IMG/VR virus record: IMGVR_UViG_3300030041_000009
Coordinates: 1-64,000 of that record
DNA: 64,000 nucleotides
Reading direction: 5' to 3' (one strand)
Under the pieces are notes generated by a model. That model did no database searches. It saw only the letters and a list, made by a program, of their open reading frames with translations, and was not told the origin of the DNA. The stretch's first letter is position 1. The number at the start of each line of letters is the position of its first letter. Positions 51,654 through 62,443 of the stretch are shown piece after piece. Made by a program: the position numbers and the translations under genes.

Positions 51654-52385
51654 TTATTTATAATATTTCAATCTAGATTTATTTAATCTTATATTAGTCA
51701 CCAAAGTAGAATATGTTAAATTTAAATCCTTTGCTGCTTGTCCTATGGTATCATAAATTTTATTAGTTAATGTATCAATAACTTTTTTTGATTTTTTGTG
51801 ATTTTTACCGGATTTTTTTTCTATTTGTTCAATGGTTTGTTTTATACCAAAAAACGGAGAAGTACTTCCTGTTTTACCATACCAATAATTATTTTCTCCA
51901 CTAGTTTTTAATATTCTTTCAATTGTTTGTTTTTTTCCAAAATTCGGATTTTTTTCTCCTTTATTACCAAAATTCGCATTACCTTCTCCTTTTATTTTTT
52001 CACAAAATTCTTTAGTTCTTTTTTTACCATAAGAAGGATGCAATACCCCTTTTCTATTTCTCATTTTTTCTTTTGATTCTTCACTATGCTTTCCTCTACT
52101 ACCACCTGATGCCAAATTTAACATATCAAATCCGTTATTTTTATATTCATTAATATAATATATTTCTTTTTGATCTAATATATCTTGTGTAATATCATCA
52201 TTAAATTCACATATTATTTCTACAATATGGTTTTCAAAACCATATTTAACTAATGAATTAAATAATTTTCTTTGTTTTTCACAATTTAGATTTTTATATT
52301 TATTAAATCTTTTTTTTAAATCCCAACTTTGTCCGATATATATTTTTCCTGATGGACTAATAATTTTATATATTCCTATGTTCAT
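51654..52385 (-). CDS. GIY-YIG homing endonuclease with NUMOD3-like repeats
   Basis: GIYKI...YIGQS; HSEESKEKM; GKK repeats. Confidence 0.9.
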   Translation of the reverse strand: MNIGIYKIISPSGKIYIGQSWDLKKRFNKYKNLNCEKQRKLFNSLVKYGFENHIVEIICEFNDDITQDILDQKEIYYINEYKNNGFDMLNLASGGSRGKHSEESKEKMRNRKGVLHPSYGKKRTKEFCEKIKGEGNANFGNKGEKNPNFGKKQTIERILKTSGENNYWYGKTGSTSPFFGIKQTIEQIEKKSGKNHKKSKKVIDTLTNKIYDTIGQAAKDLNLTYSTLVTNIRLNKSRLKYYK

Positions 52386-52402
52386 AATTATATATTAGTT
52401 TA

Positions 52403-53158
52403 TTAGTTTATTAGTTTATTATTTTGAATATTAATAAATTCATTCTTATATATTAATAATTCTTTTTTAAGTTCATCTACATTTAGATCTGGATATCTAG
52501 TTTCTCCTATTCCACCTTTATCACTAATAGCAAAAGCAAAGTCTTTACATAAAACTACTTTTGTTGGTGGATTAAAGTGTAAGTAGCAATTAATGTAACT
52601 TTCATCGTTTACCCCAGGTTCATATGGTATTTTTTTATCTTCCAATTGATAATATCTCATAGTTTTACAAAATTCAATCATATTTTCAGATGTACCACCA
52701 AAAAAAGCACCATAAAAATACATTTGATGTAATTTAGTATCAAATGGTACATATGCTTTTGATAACGGATTTCTATCAAATCCTTTTTCATTTTTCATCC
52801 AATCTTGATCTGCATAATGCTGGCCTCCAACTAAATCTCCAATAAACCAATCTTCAATAAAATCTTTATTTACATTAGTATCAGCATCAAAATAAAATAG
52901 ATAATCACTTTTTAATTTATCTTTAATTGATAATATAGATGTAAATTTTAAGTTTGTTCCATCTACCCAATTACTATTAGTCACATGAAAATATTCAACA
53001 TCAATATTATCAGGTATATAATTTTTTGGATCATTATCCGAGAAAAAATAGAATGTGATATTTTTATCACCTTTGTAAAATTTCATAAATCTTTTAATAA
53101 ATCTTATTCCTAACACAAAATAAGCATTTGTAGCTAATACAACTATTCCTATATTCAT
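52403..53158 (-). CDS. GT6 (ABO-like) glycosyltransferase
   Basis: IGIVVLATNAY, YLFYFDAD, GAFFGG, NDESYIN. Confidence 0.85.
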   Translation of the reverse strand: MNIGIVVLATNAYFVLGIRFIKRFMKFYKGDKNITFYFFSDNDPKNYIPDNIDVEYFHVTNSNWVDGTNLKFTSILSIKDKLKSDYLFYFDADTNVNKDFIEDWFIGDLVGGQHYADQDWMKNEKGFDRNPLSKAYVPFDTKLHQMYFYGAFFGGTSENMIEFCKTMRYYQLEDKKIPYEPGVNDESYINCYLHFNPPTKVVLCKDFAFAISDKGGIGETRYPDLNVDELKKELLIYKNEFINIQNNKLIN

Positions 53159-53173
53159 TTAATTTTTTATTTT

Positions 53174-54088
53174 TTACCAGATTATATCTTTGAAATTTTC
53201 TTCTGTCTCTTTTATTTCTTTTACATAATTATATGTACAATTATCATCATCACCGTTGAGTTCTTTATTAAATGGAGAAACTTGATATTCTATTTTACTA
53301 AAATGTGTATCACTTTTTCCAGCAATACCTGCATTATGAAAAATATAAGTTTCATTCCATCTATTTATTGAATCAGTAGCCCAACAAAAATCCAATTCTT
53401 TATTAATCTCAACTTCATGATTATAATAAACTGCATTCCATAGAACTGCCCACATATCAGATGTCCATGATTGAATAGGATGTTCAGGATTATATATACT
53501 TTCTGTTTTTTTCATATGAGAATATAAATTTTCACTATCATCATACACCTTTTTCCAATAATCAGAATTTATTCCTTTCATTAAATATTGTGCTCCTCCT
53601 GCATTTTCATCAATTGCTACAATATCTTCTGGTTTTACTTTAGATATTTCACACATCTCATTAAATAATTGTTCACTTTTACTTTTAATATACACTGTAT
53701 CAATATACGATTTTGTATCACTTAAATGCCATTTTTTATCATTTATCATTTCAGTGAAATCTAATTTTTTTGTGAAAACCATATCTGGATCACAATAAAA
53801 TAAAGTTTCATCATTATATTCAGGATGTTCATTAAAGAATTTTTCTAATATATGAGGTCTTAATGAAGATGGATATATTGGATTTACTCTTTCATCTTTA
53901 TAAATAAAAAATTTAGATTTAATTTTTTCATTATTCATTAATGATTTTAAAATTGGACTAGGATTTGAAGATGATACTACATAAATAGTGTCTTCATCAT
54001 ATCCATATTTCATAAAATTATTTATTTGTACAAGAACTTGCCATAAATAATAATTGTGATCAAAAGTTGCTACTAATATTTTCATTGA
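53174..54088 (-). CDS. GT-A glycosyltransferase, HPAT/peptidyl-serine galactosyltransferase-like
   Basis: YCDPDMVF, GGAQYL, WTSDMWAVLW, FHNAG. Confidence 0.55.
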   Translation of the reverse strand, partial: SMKILVATFDHNYYLWQVLVQINNFMKYGYDEDTIYVVSSSNPSPILKSLMNNEKIKSKFFIYKDERVNPIYPSSLRPHILEKFFNEHPEYNDETLFYCDPDMVFTKKLDFTEMINDKKWHLSDTKSYIDTVYIKSKSEQLFNEMCEISKVKPEDIVAIDENAGGAQYLMKGINSDYWKKVYDDSENLYSHMKKTESIYNPEHPIQSWTSDMWAVLWNAVYYNHEVEINKELDFCWATDSINRWNETYIFHNAGIAGKSDTHFSKIEYQVSPFNKELNGDDDNCTYNYVKEIKETEENFKDIIW

Positions 54089-54177
54089 TTTATTTGTTTT
54101 TTTTATTGTAGGCAAAATATATAAATAGGTTTATATTTTATAAAAAAAATGACTGATTAATCAGTCATTTTAATAAT

Positions 54178-56208
54178 TTATATAAAATTTAAATTTGTTT
54201 CTTGATCAACACCAGCGGAGGTTACTACTTTAATCATAGAAAGTCCAATATATGTAGTATTAGGTATAATTCCTTGTATTTCAGTACTAGATATAAATTT
54301 TTGAGAATCTAATACTAAATATTGAACTGTACTTCCTGTAATTATACTTACATAAACATCAGTATAATATTTAACAAAATTACTTCCAAGAATAGTAATT
54401 AATGTTCCTCCTGATACATTTACAGGACTATCTAATTTATTTATTATTGGAGATGATGATGCTTCTACATAAATTTCAAAAGGAGAATATGTACAAGATC
54501 CAGCTATTGTTGTAGCATAAATATTTATAATTTCATTAGAATCTATTGTAAATCCAGATGGTACATAAACACTTAAATGAGTATCATCTATTGTAGTTGT
54601 TTCTGCATAAGTTCCTGGATACGAAGTTCCAAAACTAATGGTACCTCCTGATAAATATGTACCATAGATATCAATAATATCATCATATTGACCATATATA
54701 GGACTTATTTTTGAAATTATTGGTGGATTTAAACCTGTATTAGGATCAACTGTAAATCCATTTAATGTATAACTTGAATTTATACTTTCTACTCTAATAT
54801 CAACTGGTCCAGTCGGAATTAAATCACTTGTTGATGAAGCATTTAATATTTGAACAGTTAATCCTGATTGATTATTATAAGAAAATCTTGATAATACATT
54901 TCCAATATAAACACTCATTGATGGACTATTAATAAACCCACTACCATATAATCCAATTGAATTATTTCCTCTTTGCATATGATTAATACTAAAACTTGTT
55001 ATAGTCAAACTACCAGGATTTAATACTGTATAAGAATAAGGTAATGATGATCCATATTTATTTATAACAATTACTGTATTTATACCTGGAATTACATTAG
55101 TTCCTATATAAATATAGCAACTACCTGAATCTATAGGTAAAGTATTACATATAACGCTACTAAAAGTAACTGTTAATGGTGAATCTAAATTTGTCCCTGT
55201 CATAATTACAGTATTCCCTGGATATACTGATGTCGATATACTTGATACTGTTGGAATTAATGTAGAAGTAGAGCCACAAACTGTAAATCCTGAAAATGTC
55301 ATATCATTAACGCTAATTAATGTATCTCCAATTGGAGTATCTCCTGATATTGTAACTGTTAACTGTCCTGAATTTATTATGCTAATATTTGATGATTGAT
55401 TAGGTCCAAAACGTACTAATAAATTATTAATATCTATAAAATTTTCGCCAAATATATTAATAGTATCTCCTAAATTTGCATATGTTGGGTAAAAATTAGT
55501 AACTATTGGAATTGTTCCGCCATTAATATTAATATTTGAAAGTAAACTTTGTCCAAAAGTTGTTTGAATATAAAATTGTGTTGATCCAGTTGGAATTATT
55601 GGAACTACTGCTGTTAACGTAGTTGAATTAATTACCGTTGTTGTTGAAATAGTAGATGCTGGATTAAAATATACAGAAGTTTGTCCAGCGATAAAATATA
55701 ATCCATTAATAGTTATTGTAGAATTTATATTAGCAATTGATGGATAACTAGTAATTACAGGCTTATTTATTTGCTGATATACTTTATATTTTACGGAAGT
55801 TCCTGTTCCTAATGAAGAAGTTATTACAACATCAACTTCATTATCATAATTAGGTAAATTAGGTATTATTACGGTCAATTGATTTGAATTCACTACTGTT
55901 GTTATTCCTGTAATTCCACTAAATGACGCCACTACAGCACCAAAGAAATTTATACCATATATTGTTATAGTATCACCATTAAATGCTGATGATGTTGGAT
56001 TAAAAGATATAATATTTGGCGCATTTGAATAACCTGCAAATAAATATGTTGCTCCGCTACCAGTATCATCTTTCATCCAAAATCCACCAGTTACTCCACT
56101 AGTTACTCCACTACCAACTGTTGAATCATCATAACCAAAATAAATATAACCTTCTTCAGGTGTTTCAACTTCTTCTTTAAGTATTTTTTGAATTTTTATA
56201 TAGCTCAT
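54178..56208 (-). CDS. IPT/TIG (Ig-like) repeat virion protein, Ser/Thr-rich
   Basis: About seven PxIxxxxP...GxxITIxGxNF repeats. Confidence 0.8.
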   Translation of the reverse strand: MSYIKIQKILKEEVETPEEGYIYFGYDDSTVGSGVTSGVTGGFWMKDDTGSGATYLFAGYSNAPNIISFNPTSSAFNGDTITIYGINFFGAVVASFSGITGITTVVNSNQLTVIIPNLPNYDNEVDVVITSSLGTGTSVKYKVYQQINKPVITSYPSIANINSTITINGLYFIAGQTSVYFNPASTISTTTVINSTTLTAVVPIIPTGSTQFYIQTTFGQSLLSNININGGTIPIVTNFYPTYANLGDTINIFGENFIDINNLLVRFGPNQSSNISIINSGQLTVTISGDTPIGDTLISVNDMTFSGFTVCGSTSTLIPTVSSISTSVYPGNTVIMTGTNLDSPLTVTFSSVICNTLPIDSGSCYIYIGTNVIPGINTVIVINKYGSSLPYSYTVLNPGSLTITSFSINHMQRGNNSIGLYGSGFINSPSMSVYIGNVLSRFSYNNQSGLTVQILNASSTSDLIPTGPVDIRVESINSSYTLNGFTVDPNTGLNPPIISKISPIYGQYDDIIDIYGTYLSGGTISFGTSYPGTYAETTTIDDTHLSVYVPSGFTIDSNEIINIYATTIAGSCTYSPFEIYVEASSSPIINKLDSPVNVSGGTLITILGSNFVKYYTDVYVSIITGSTVQYLVLDSQKFISSTEIQGIIPNTTYIGLSMIKVVTSAGVDQETNLNFI

Positions 56209-56243
56209 ATGTAACGATTTTTCTTTTCGTTATATATAAATTT

Positions 56244-58715
56244 TTAAATATCATATTGCAATTCTAATATTTTATTTTTTTCGTAAAATACTATAAGTAA
56301 CTTATTTGTTTCTTCAAACATTTTTTTCTCTGGTATACTCCAAATTATATTATTTTTACTTAATGATGTGTCAGATAATGTATAATATATCATATCTGAA
56401 TTATAATCTCTAATATCAATATTTAAAGGTTCAACATCATCACCTTTATAAATTATTGTAAATTTATTTTCATTTTTATCATATTTAAAGAAAATATCAT
56501 TTTTATTTAAATTATATTTTAAATTATATTTAGTAAAATTGAAATTATTAGGATTTTCAATGAGTTTACATTTAATAATTTTATCAGTTATCATTTTTGG
56601 CGTAATATTAGTTGAACATTCAAATTGATTATCTGTATTTTTATGTATAGGACACCAATTCCAATCTCCTGGATCAAATTGATGAGTATTAAAACAACCA
56701 TTACAAACATTAAAATTATGAACATTTATATTATTAGATTTAAATTCACAGAAAGGATTAGAAAATCCAGACATCATTACTACTTTTTTACCAACAGCCC
56801 AAGCTAACCAACTTAATCCAGAACCAACTCCAATATAAAATTCACACCATTTTAATTCATTTATTCTTTGCTCAATAGGAAAATCACCAGTTTTATTTAT
56901 TATATTTTTAAGAGTAGTTGACTGCTTACTTATTACCATAACTTTATAACCTTGAACATTAAGCCAATCAACTAAAATTTGCCAGCCTTTGTTGCTATCT
57001 TTACAAGGGTAATGCCAGTGTTTTGCATTCGCAGTAGAAAATTGTCCAATACAAACATATTTTTCTTTAATTGGTCTAACTCCTTCAGGAATTTCAATTT
57101 TTGGTACAATTTCTTTATATTCTAATCCAAGAATATCACATGCTGTTTTTTGCAAAGGAATAGTTTTATAATCAATTGGATTTTTATTTCTATCAAATGG
57201 TAAATACCATCCTATTTTATATTTAGCATATAAATCGTTAATATTTGATTGACCAGGCTTTAAAAATGTAATTTCAGGATATTGATTTATAAACCAATTA
57301 TTCCAAAATGTAGAACAATAAACTTTACAGTTATGAATTTTTCTAAATTCTTCTATATATGGAAACCACGCTAATGTATCACCAATAGATTTACTTTCTA
57401 ATGTTATTAATACATTTCTATTTGTTAAATCAAAATTATGATTAATTACTAATTTATTATTATGATAAATGTTAATTTTATATTCTTTATAACATTCATT
57501 ATTTGTTTTACACCAATTATTATTATTTATTAAATTTTTATATATGACTTCTTTGGTATTTTTATCTAATATCTCAACATAAAATTCTGATTTTTTTGTA
57601 CCAAGAATTTCAACTTTTGCACCTTCAATAAAATCAATATTATATTCATATTGAGCATCAATTGAATTTTGTTTTATTTTATCTATATTAAGTACTTCTT
57701 TATATTCATTTATTAATATATCTTCAAATGTATCATTATCATCTATAAGTTTTATATTAAAATTATCTAATATTCTTTTAGCATCTTTATCAACATCTCT
57801 TGTAAGATATTTTATATTTTTATAAGAATCATAAGTATCTAAATATGTACTAAGATTATTTAAATATATCGGTAAATCATAAGATGTTGCTTCTTTTACT
57901 GCTAACGGATTTAATTCATTTATAGATGAATGTATAAGTAAATTTGATGCCTGATAAAATAAATCAATATCATCTCTTTCACCGTGAATAATACAATTAT
58001 TTGGTTTATTTTCTAATAAAGGTTTCCAATAATCTGAAAAATTATCAGCTTGATTACCTACAAAATGAAATTGTATTTTATATTTTTCTAATCTTCTTGC
58101 TATTTCAAATACATAACCTTGATTTTTACCTGATGTGAATAATCCAACATTCAAAACATGAAAATATTCAGGATCAAAATTTAATTTTTTAATAGCATAT
58201 CCTTGATTTTTTTTTAATTTATTCATTGGATATTCAACCACAGATGAAGGAATATTAAATTTTTCATATTGTAATTGTGAAAATTTAGATACGAATAAAA
58301 ATTTATCAGGAAAATATACTTTCTTATTTACATCAAATGTTGATGTGTGAGTAGTTTCAATAATTTTATATGGTCTATCATTCCTATATAACCAATCTGA
58401 ATGTTCTTCCCTCATTCCATCATTGAACAGTTCAGGAATTTCTTCCATATGAATGATATCAGGATTAATATTTTCAATTATTTCTTGAAATTTGTCTCTA
58501 ACACTTTCATCTTTATCCCATGTATTACCTAATGATATAAATCTATCTCCTAATAATTCTATTATTTTATTTCGTTGTACAACAAAACTCCAAGAAATTT
58601 GTCTATATTCTATAAGATATACTTCATTATTTTTTATTAAATATTCAACTCTTTTTAAAGATACAGAAGGCATTCCTCCAGTACTAACATGAGGTAAAAT
58701 TAACAATATTCTCAT
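56244..58715 (-). CDS. Bifunctional glycosyltransferase: GT4 plus autotransporter O-heptosyltransferase-like domain
   Basis: PHVSTGGMP, NVGLFTSGKNQ, ELNPLAVKEA; SIGDTLAW, CSTFW, SGLSWLAW, SGFS, CNGC...WCP. Confidence 0.8.
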   Translation of the reverse strand: MRILLILPHVSTGGMPSVSLKRVEYLIKNNEVYLIEYRQISWSFVVQRNKIIELLGDRFISLGNTWDKDESVRDKFQEIIENINPDIIHMEEIPELFNDGMREEHSDWLYRNDRPYKIIETTHTSTFDVNKKVYFPDKFLFVSKFSQLQYEKFNIPSSVVEYPMNKLKKNQGYAIKKLNFDPEYFHVLNVGLFTSGKNQGYVFEIARRLEKYKIQFHFVGNQADNFSDYWKPLLENKPNNCIIHGERDDIDLFYQASNLLIHSSINELNPLAVKEATSYDLPIYLNNLSTYLDTYDSYKNIKYLTRDVDKDAKRILDNFNIKLIDDNDTFEDILINEYKEVLNIDKIKQNSIDAQYEYNIDFIEGAKVEILGTKKSEFYVEILDKNTKEVIYKNLINNNNWCKTNNECYKEYKINIYHNNKLVINHNFDLTNRNVLITLESKSIGDTLAWFPYIEEFRKIHNCKVYCSTFWNNWFINQYPEITFLKPGQSNINDLYAKYKIGWYLPFDRNKNPIDYKTIPLQKTACDILGLEYKEIVPKIEIPEGVRPIKEKYVCIGQFSTANAKHWHYPCKDSNKGWQILVDWLNVQGYKVMVISKQSTTLKNIINKTGDFPIEQRINELKWCEFYIGVGSGLSWLAWAVGKKVVMMSGFSNPFCEFKSNNINVHNFNVCNGCFNTHQFDPGDWNWCPIHKNTDNQFECSTNITPKMITDKIIKCKLIENPNNFNFTKYNLKYNLNKNDIFFKYDKNENKFTIIYKGDDVEPLNIDIRDYNSDMIYYTLSDTSLSKNNIIWSIPEKKMFEETNKLLIVFYEKNKILELQYDI

Positions 58716-59638
58716 TATAAATTATTTTTTTCTCTTTTTATAAGTTTATATCCCAAAAAATGTTTACATATAAAGAAATATAAACTGCAATCTAATTTTT
58801 TTATTATTTCACTTTTTTTATTAAATATTAATATTTCTCCATTAGGAGATTCAATAGTATAAATATAATATTCATCATCTTCTTTATTTATTATTATTTC
58901 TTTTTTATTTATTATTTCTTTTCTTATAAGTTTATATCCTTTATATTTTTTTAATGTAAAAAATCCCATGCTACATCCAATATATTCAATTACTTCTTTT
59001 CTACTATTAAATATTAATTCTTTTTTATCTGGTGTTTCAATATAATATCTAGTTGCAGCAGGATTATTAATACCTACATTTTTACCTTTTCTTATTTCAC
59101 TCCAATGTTTTTTAGTTTCTTCTGAATGAGTTTTACCGTAAAAAGTAGATTTTTCCCCATATCTATCTAATTCTTTTGCTGCATTTTTTATTTTTTCTAT
59201 TGTTTCATTTGATTTATTTTTGCCTGGATTAGCATTAGTTTTCCATAATTTTCTAAGTCTTTCTTTTTCAAAATTAGACATTTTTTGAAGTTTTCTTTTT
59301 TCTTTAATTATAGCTCTAGTTTCTTCTGTATGATGTTTACCAAAAAATGGATGATTTTCACCTTTCATTGTTCTATATGTTTTTCCTCCTTCACAAATAT
59401 TATAAGCTATTTTTTTATTTGTTGCATTAAGTTCTTTTATCCAAAATATTTCTCTTTCATCCATATGTTTTTCATCAGTACAATATTCTATTATCTCTTT
59501 TTTAAAATTTTCTTTACCATATTTTTTTATTGCAAATGTAATTAATTTACCAGAACCATAATATTTAGGATTATCATTAAAATCTTGCCCAATATAAAAT
59601 TTATTATTAATGAGATTTGTAGTTTTATATATTATCAT
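58715..59638 (-). CDS. GIY-YIG (Seg-like) homing endonuclease
   Basis: IIYKTTNLINNKFYIGQ, YYGSG, GKHHTEE NUMOD3. Confidence 0.9.
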   Translation of the reverse strand: MIIYKTTNLINNKFYIGQDFNDNPKYYGSGKLITFAIKKYGKENFKKEIIEYCTDEKHMDEREIFWIKELNATNKKIAYNICEGGKTYRTMKGENHPFFGKHHTEETRAIIKEKRKLQKMSNFEKERLRKLWKTNANPGKNKSNETIEKIKNAAKELDRYGEKSTFYGKTHSEETKKHWSEIRKGKNVGINNPAATRYYIETPDKKELIFNSRKEVIEYIGCSMGFFTLKKYKGYKLIRKEIINKKEIIINKEDDEYYIYTIESPNGEILIFNKKSEIIKKLDCSLYFFICKHFLGYKLIKREKNNL

Positions 59639-59817
59639 AATTTTTTTATTAATATATATAAAAAATGAACCGCCCGTCGTGAAATTGGTAGTTAGATTTA
59701 CATTATATTCTCATATTATAAATTATTTATTTTTTATGTAATTTTTTATTATATTTTTTATAATAAGTTTAAACTTTTTATTTATTTTGTTATAGATATA
59801 AACAAAAAAATATAGTT

Positions 59818-59997
59818 ATGGAAAATTTGAAATTTGAATTCACAGTAGAAGAAGTAAATTTAATATTGGGTGCATTATCTGAAATGCCTTATAAAGTAGT
59901 AAATACTCTTTTATTAAAAGTTACTAAGGAAGCTAATGATCAAGTAAACGCACAAAACATTGCTAATGCACCAAAAGAACAAGCTTCAATTCAATAA
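59818..59997 (+). CDS. Small phage protein (59 aa), not in the ORF track
   Basis: MENLKFEFTVEEVNLILGALSEMPYKVV... Confidence 0.6.
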   Translation: MENLKFEFTVEEVNLILGALSEMPYKVVNTLLLKVTKEANDQVNAQNIANAPKEQASIQ

Positions 59998-60078
59998 TTA
60001 AAAAATTTTGATCGTTTTATTGATAAGATGACCAAATTTTTTAATTTTAAAAAACTCATAAATATTTTTATGAGTTTT

Positions 60079-60110
60079 TTTGTTTATATCAATTGTTATA
60101 TGTATCTTTG
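60079..60110 (+). promoter_or_regulatory. Bacteroidota -33/-7 promoter of nadE
   Basis: TTTG (60079-60082), 20 nt spacer, TATCTTTG (60103-60110). Confidence 0.75.
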
Positions 60111-60137
60111 TACTCAAATTTAAAACATTTATATATT

Positions 60138-61919
60138 ATGATTGAAAATGCAAATATTTCAGTACACCAAATTAATACAGTTACAGGAGATTTAATCGGT
60201 AATACCAGAAAAATTTTAAATTGTTTAAAGTTGGATAAAAATCATGCTAGTTATGATGATAATGTAGATATATCAGTGTTTCCAGAAACAGCTATTAGTG
60301 GATATTGCTGTGGTTCTCTTTGGGATAGAGAGGATTTTATTCGTGACCAAATTTCAAGGTTGAAAAAAATTGAAGAATATAGAAAAGAATTAGGATTGTG
60401 TGGAATAATTGTAATTGGATTTGTATCATCTCATGGTATAAATAGAAATGGATTTCCAATTTTAAAAAATTCAGTAGCTGTAATTGATGATAATGGAATT
60501 CGTACATATGATAAACAATTATTAGCTGATACAGACCATCATGAAGATAGAAAATATTTTACAGAAGGAACTGAAACTAAAGTGTTCGAAGTTAATTTAC
60601 CAAGTATTGGTAAAACCATTATAGGTACACCAATTTGTGAAGATGCTTGGTTTATGAATCATAGTAGAGATATTTCACGAGAAATGGTTGATATGGGTGC
60701 TGAAATTTTGATTATACCTAATCAATCTTATTTTTATTATGGAAAGCAAAAAATTAGAAAAAATTTATTTTCTAAAATTGCCAAAAATAATATGGTTCCA
60801 GTTATTTCAGTAAATTCAGTTGGTTGCGGTGATATAGTTAAAAATATTATAATTTATGATGGTGCTTCTCTTGTATATAATAGTTATGGAAGATTAGTTA
60901 AAGAACTTCCTAAATTTGAAGAAAAAACTGAAACATTCAGATTAAAAGATTGTGAACCAATATTAGGCAGTAATGATAGTAAATATAAAGAAATAACTGA
61001 AGCTATTATATTTGAGCAGAAAGAATTTTTTAAATTATCAGGTATTGAAAATGCTCAGGTTCATGTATCTGGCGGACTTGATTCGTCTATTGTAGCAGCA
61101 TTGGTTTATCGTGCTATGGGCAAAGAACACACTATATTCATTTCAAATCCATCTTCATTGAATACTAAATCTAAAAGTTATGTAAATCAATTAGATGAAA
61201 AATTAGGAATGATTACATATTGGCAACCTATTCAATCAACAGTTGATGAAATATTAAATGTAGATGATGTACATATGAAAAATGCGCCTAAACTAAGTGA
61301 TACGGGTAAAGCTTCAATACATGCAGTATTAAGAACTGTATTAGGTTTAGAAGATACTCATAGATTTAAAAGTGGTATCGTTTCAACAGGCAATCAAACA
61401 GAAATAGTGCTTTCTTGGTCTTCCTTTCATGACATTGGAAGTATTGGCGTTCATGCTATTATTGGAGATTTAACTAAAGTTGAATTATATGAATTATCTG
61501 AATATATTAATAAAGAATTATATAATGATGAAATAGTACCATATGATTTATATAATGGTAAATTTAAACCCGCTGCAGAATTACCTGATGCAAATGAAGA
61601 TCCAATTGATTATTGGGTACAAAGTGGTATATGTGCTTCATTAATACGTGATAGAAAAACAAGAGATGATTTAATTTTAGATTATAAAAATAAATCTTTG
61701 AATATTGATTATTTTCCTAAAATGGATGAAGTATATAAATATGACATTAAACAATGGGATGAGCAAGTCAATTTTGCAGTTAATAAAATGAAAATTTCAG
61801 TTTATAAAGCTGCTCAAAGTTCACCAATTGTTATTATTAGTCCACGTAGTAGAGGATTTAGTAATCGTGAAACATTAATCAATAAATATAAATCTATTAA
61901 TAATATATCATTAGATTAA
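60138..61919 (+). CDS. nadE: Glutamine-dependent NAD+ synthetase
   Basis: Nitrilase triad FPE / YDK / ICED; SGGLDS, TGNxTE, IGDLTK, PAAEL. Confidence 0.9.
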   Translation: MIENANISVHQINTVTGDLIGNTRKILNCLKLDKNHASYDDNVDISVFPETAISGYCCGSLWDREDFIRDQISRLKKIEEYRKELGLCGIIVIGFVSSHGINRNGFPILKNSVAVIDDNGIRTYDKQLLADTDHHEDRKYFTEGTETKVFEVNLPSIGKTIIGTPICEDAWFMNHSRDISREMVDMGAEILIIPNQSYFYYGKQKIRKNLFSKIAKNNMVPVISVNSVGCGDIVKNIIIYDGASLVYNSYGRLVKELPKFEEKTETFRLKDCEPILGSNDSKYKEITEAIIFEQKEFFKLSGIENAQVHVSGGLDSSIVAALVYRAMGKEHTIFISNPSSLNTKSKSYVNQLDEKLGMITYWQPIQSTVDEILNVDDVHMKNAPKLSDTGKASIHAVLRTVLGLEDTHRFKSGIVSTGNQTEIVLSWSSFHDIGSIGVHAIIGDLTKVELYELSEYINKELYNDEIVPYDLYNGKFKPAAELPDANEDPIDYWVQSGICASLIRDRKTRDDLILDYKNKSLNIDYFPKMDEVYKYDIKQWDEQVNFAVNKMKISVYKAAQSSPIVIISPRSRGFSNRETLINKYKSINNISLD

Positions 61920-61926
61920 AAATTAT

Positions 61927-62427
61927 TTATAATAAAGCTATTGCAACCGTCCAAAACGCAATCCATTCTAGTATATACATCCATTGAGGTAATTTTTTAT
62001 TAAGTAAGTATAATATTACTGCACTTACTGCGGTAATAATAACTAAATAATATAAATGATAGAAAAATATTAATGATAGTTGACTTAATACTACTGCTCC
62101 TAACGCACTATATTGATGCATATTTGCTGTAAAACTATCAAGTCTGAATGCTGACGCTATGCCTACAAAACAAATTAACCCACAAGCAAAAAACATAAAT
62201 CCATCGGTTACTAAGAATAAGGTTGGTATTGCATATCCTAAGCAAAATAAAAGAAATAATGAATTATATTTAATAGGTAAAGTTAATACTACATTATTAT
62301 TCCATTTTATTTTTATATATTCATCAGGTAAACTGTAGTAGCTTGCTGATATCGAATTTAACCATCCATATTTTAAAAGAATGAATAAATTGTAAAGTAC
62401 AAAAACTGAAATCATTGTTATCCACAT
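61927..62427 (-). CDS. Multi-pass membrane protein
   Basis: Several hydrophobic helices; SISASYY. Confidence 0.65.
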   Translation of the reverse strand: MWITMISVFVLYNLFILLKYGWLNSISASYYSLPDEYIKIKWNNNVVLTLPIKYNSLFLLFCLGYAIPTLFLVTDGFMFFACGLICFVGIASAFRLDSFTANMHQYSALGAVVLSQLSLIFFYHLYYLVIITAVSAVILYLLNKKLPQWMYILEWIAFWTVAIALL

Positions 62428-62443
62428 AATATATTATTGTTTT

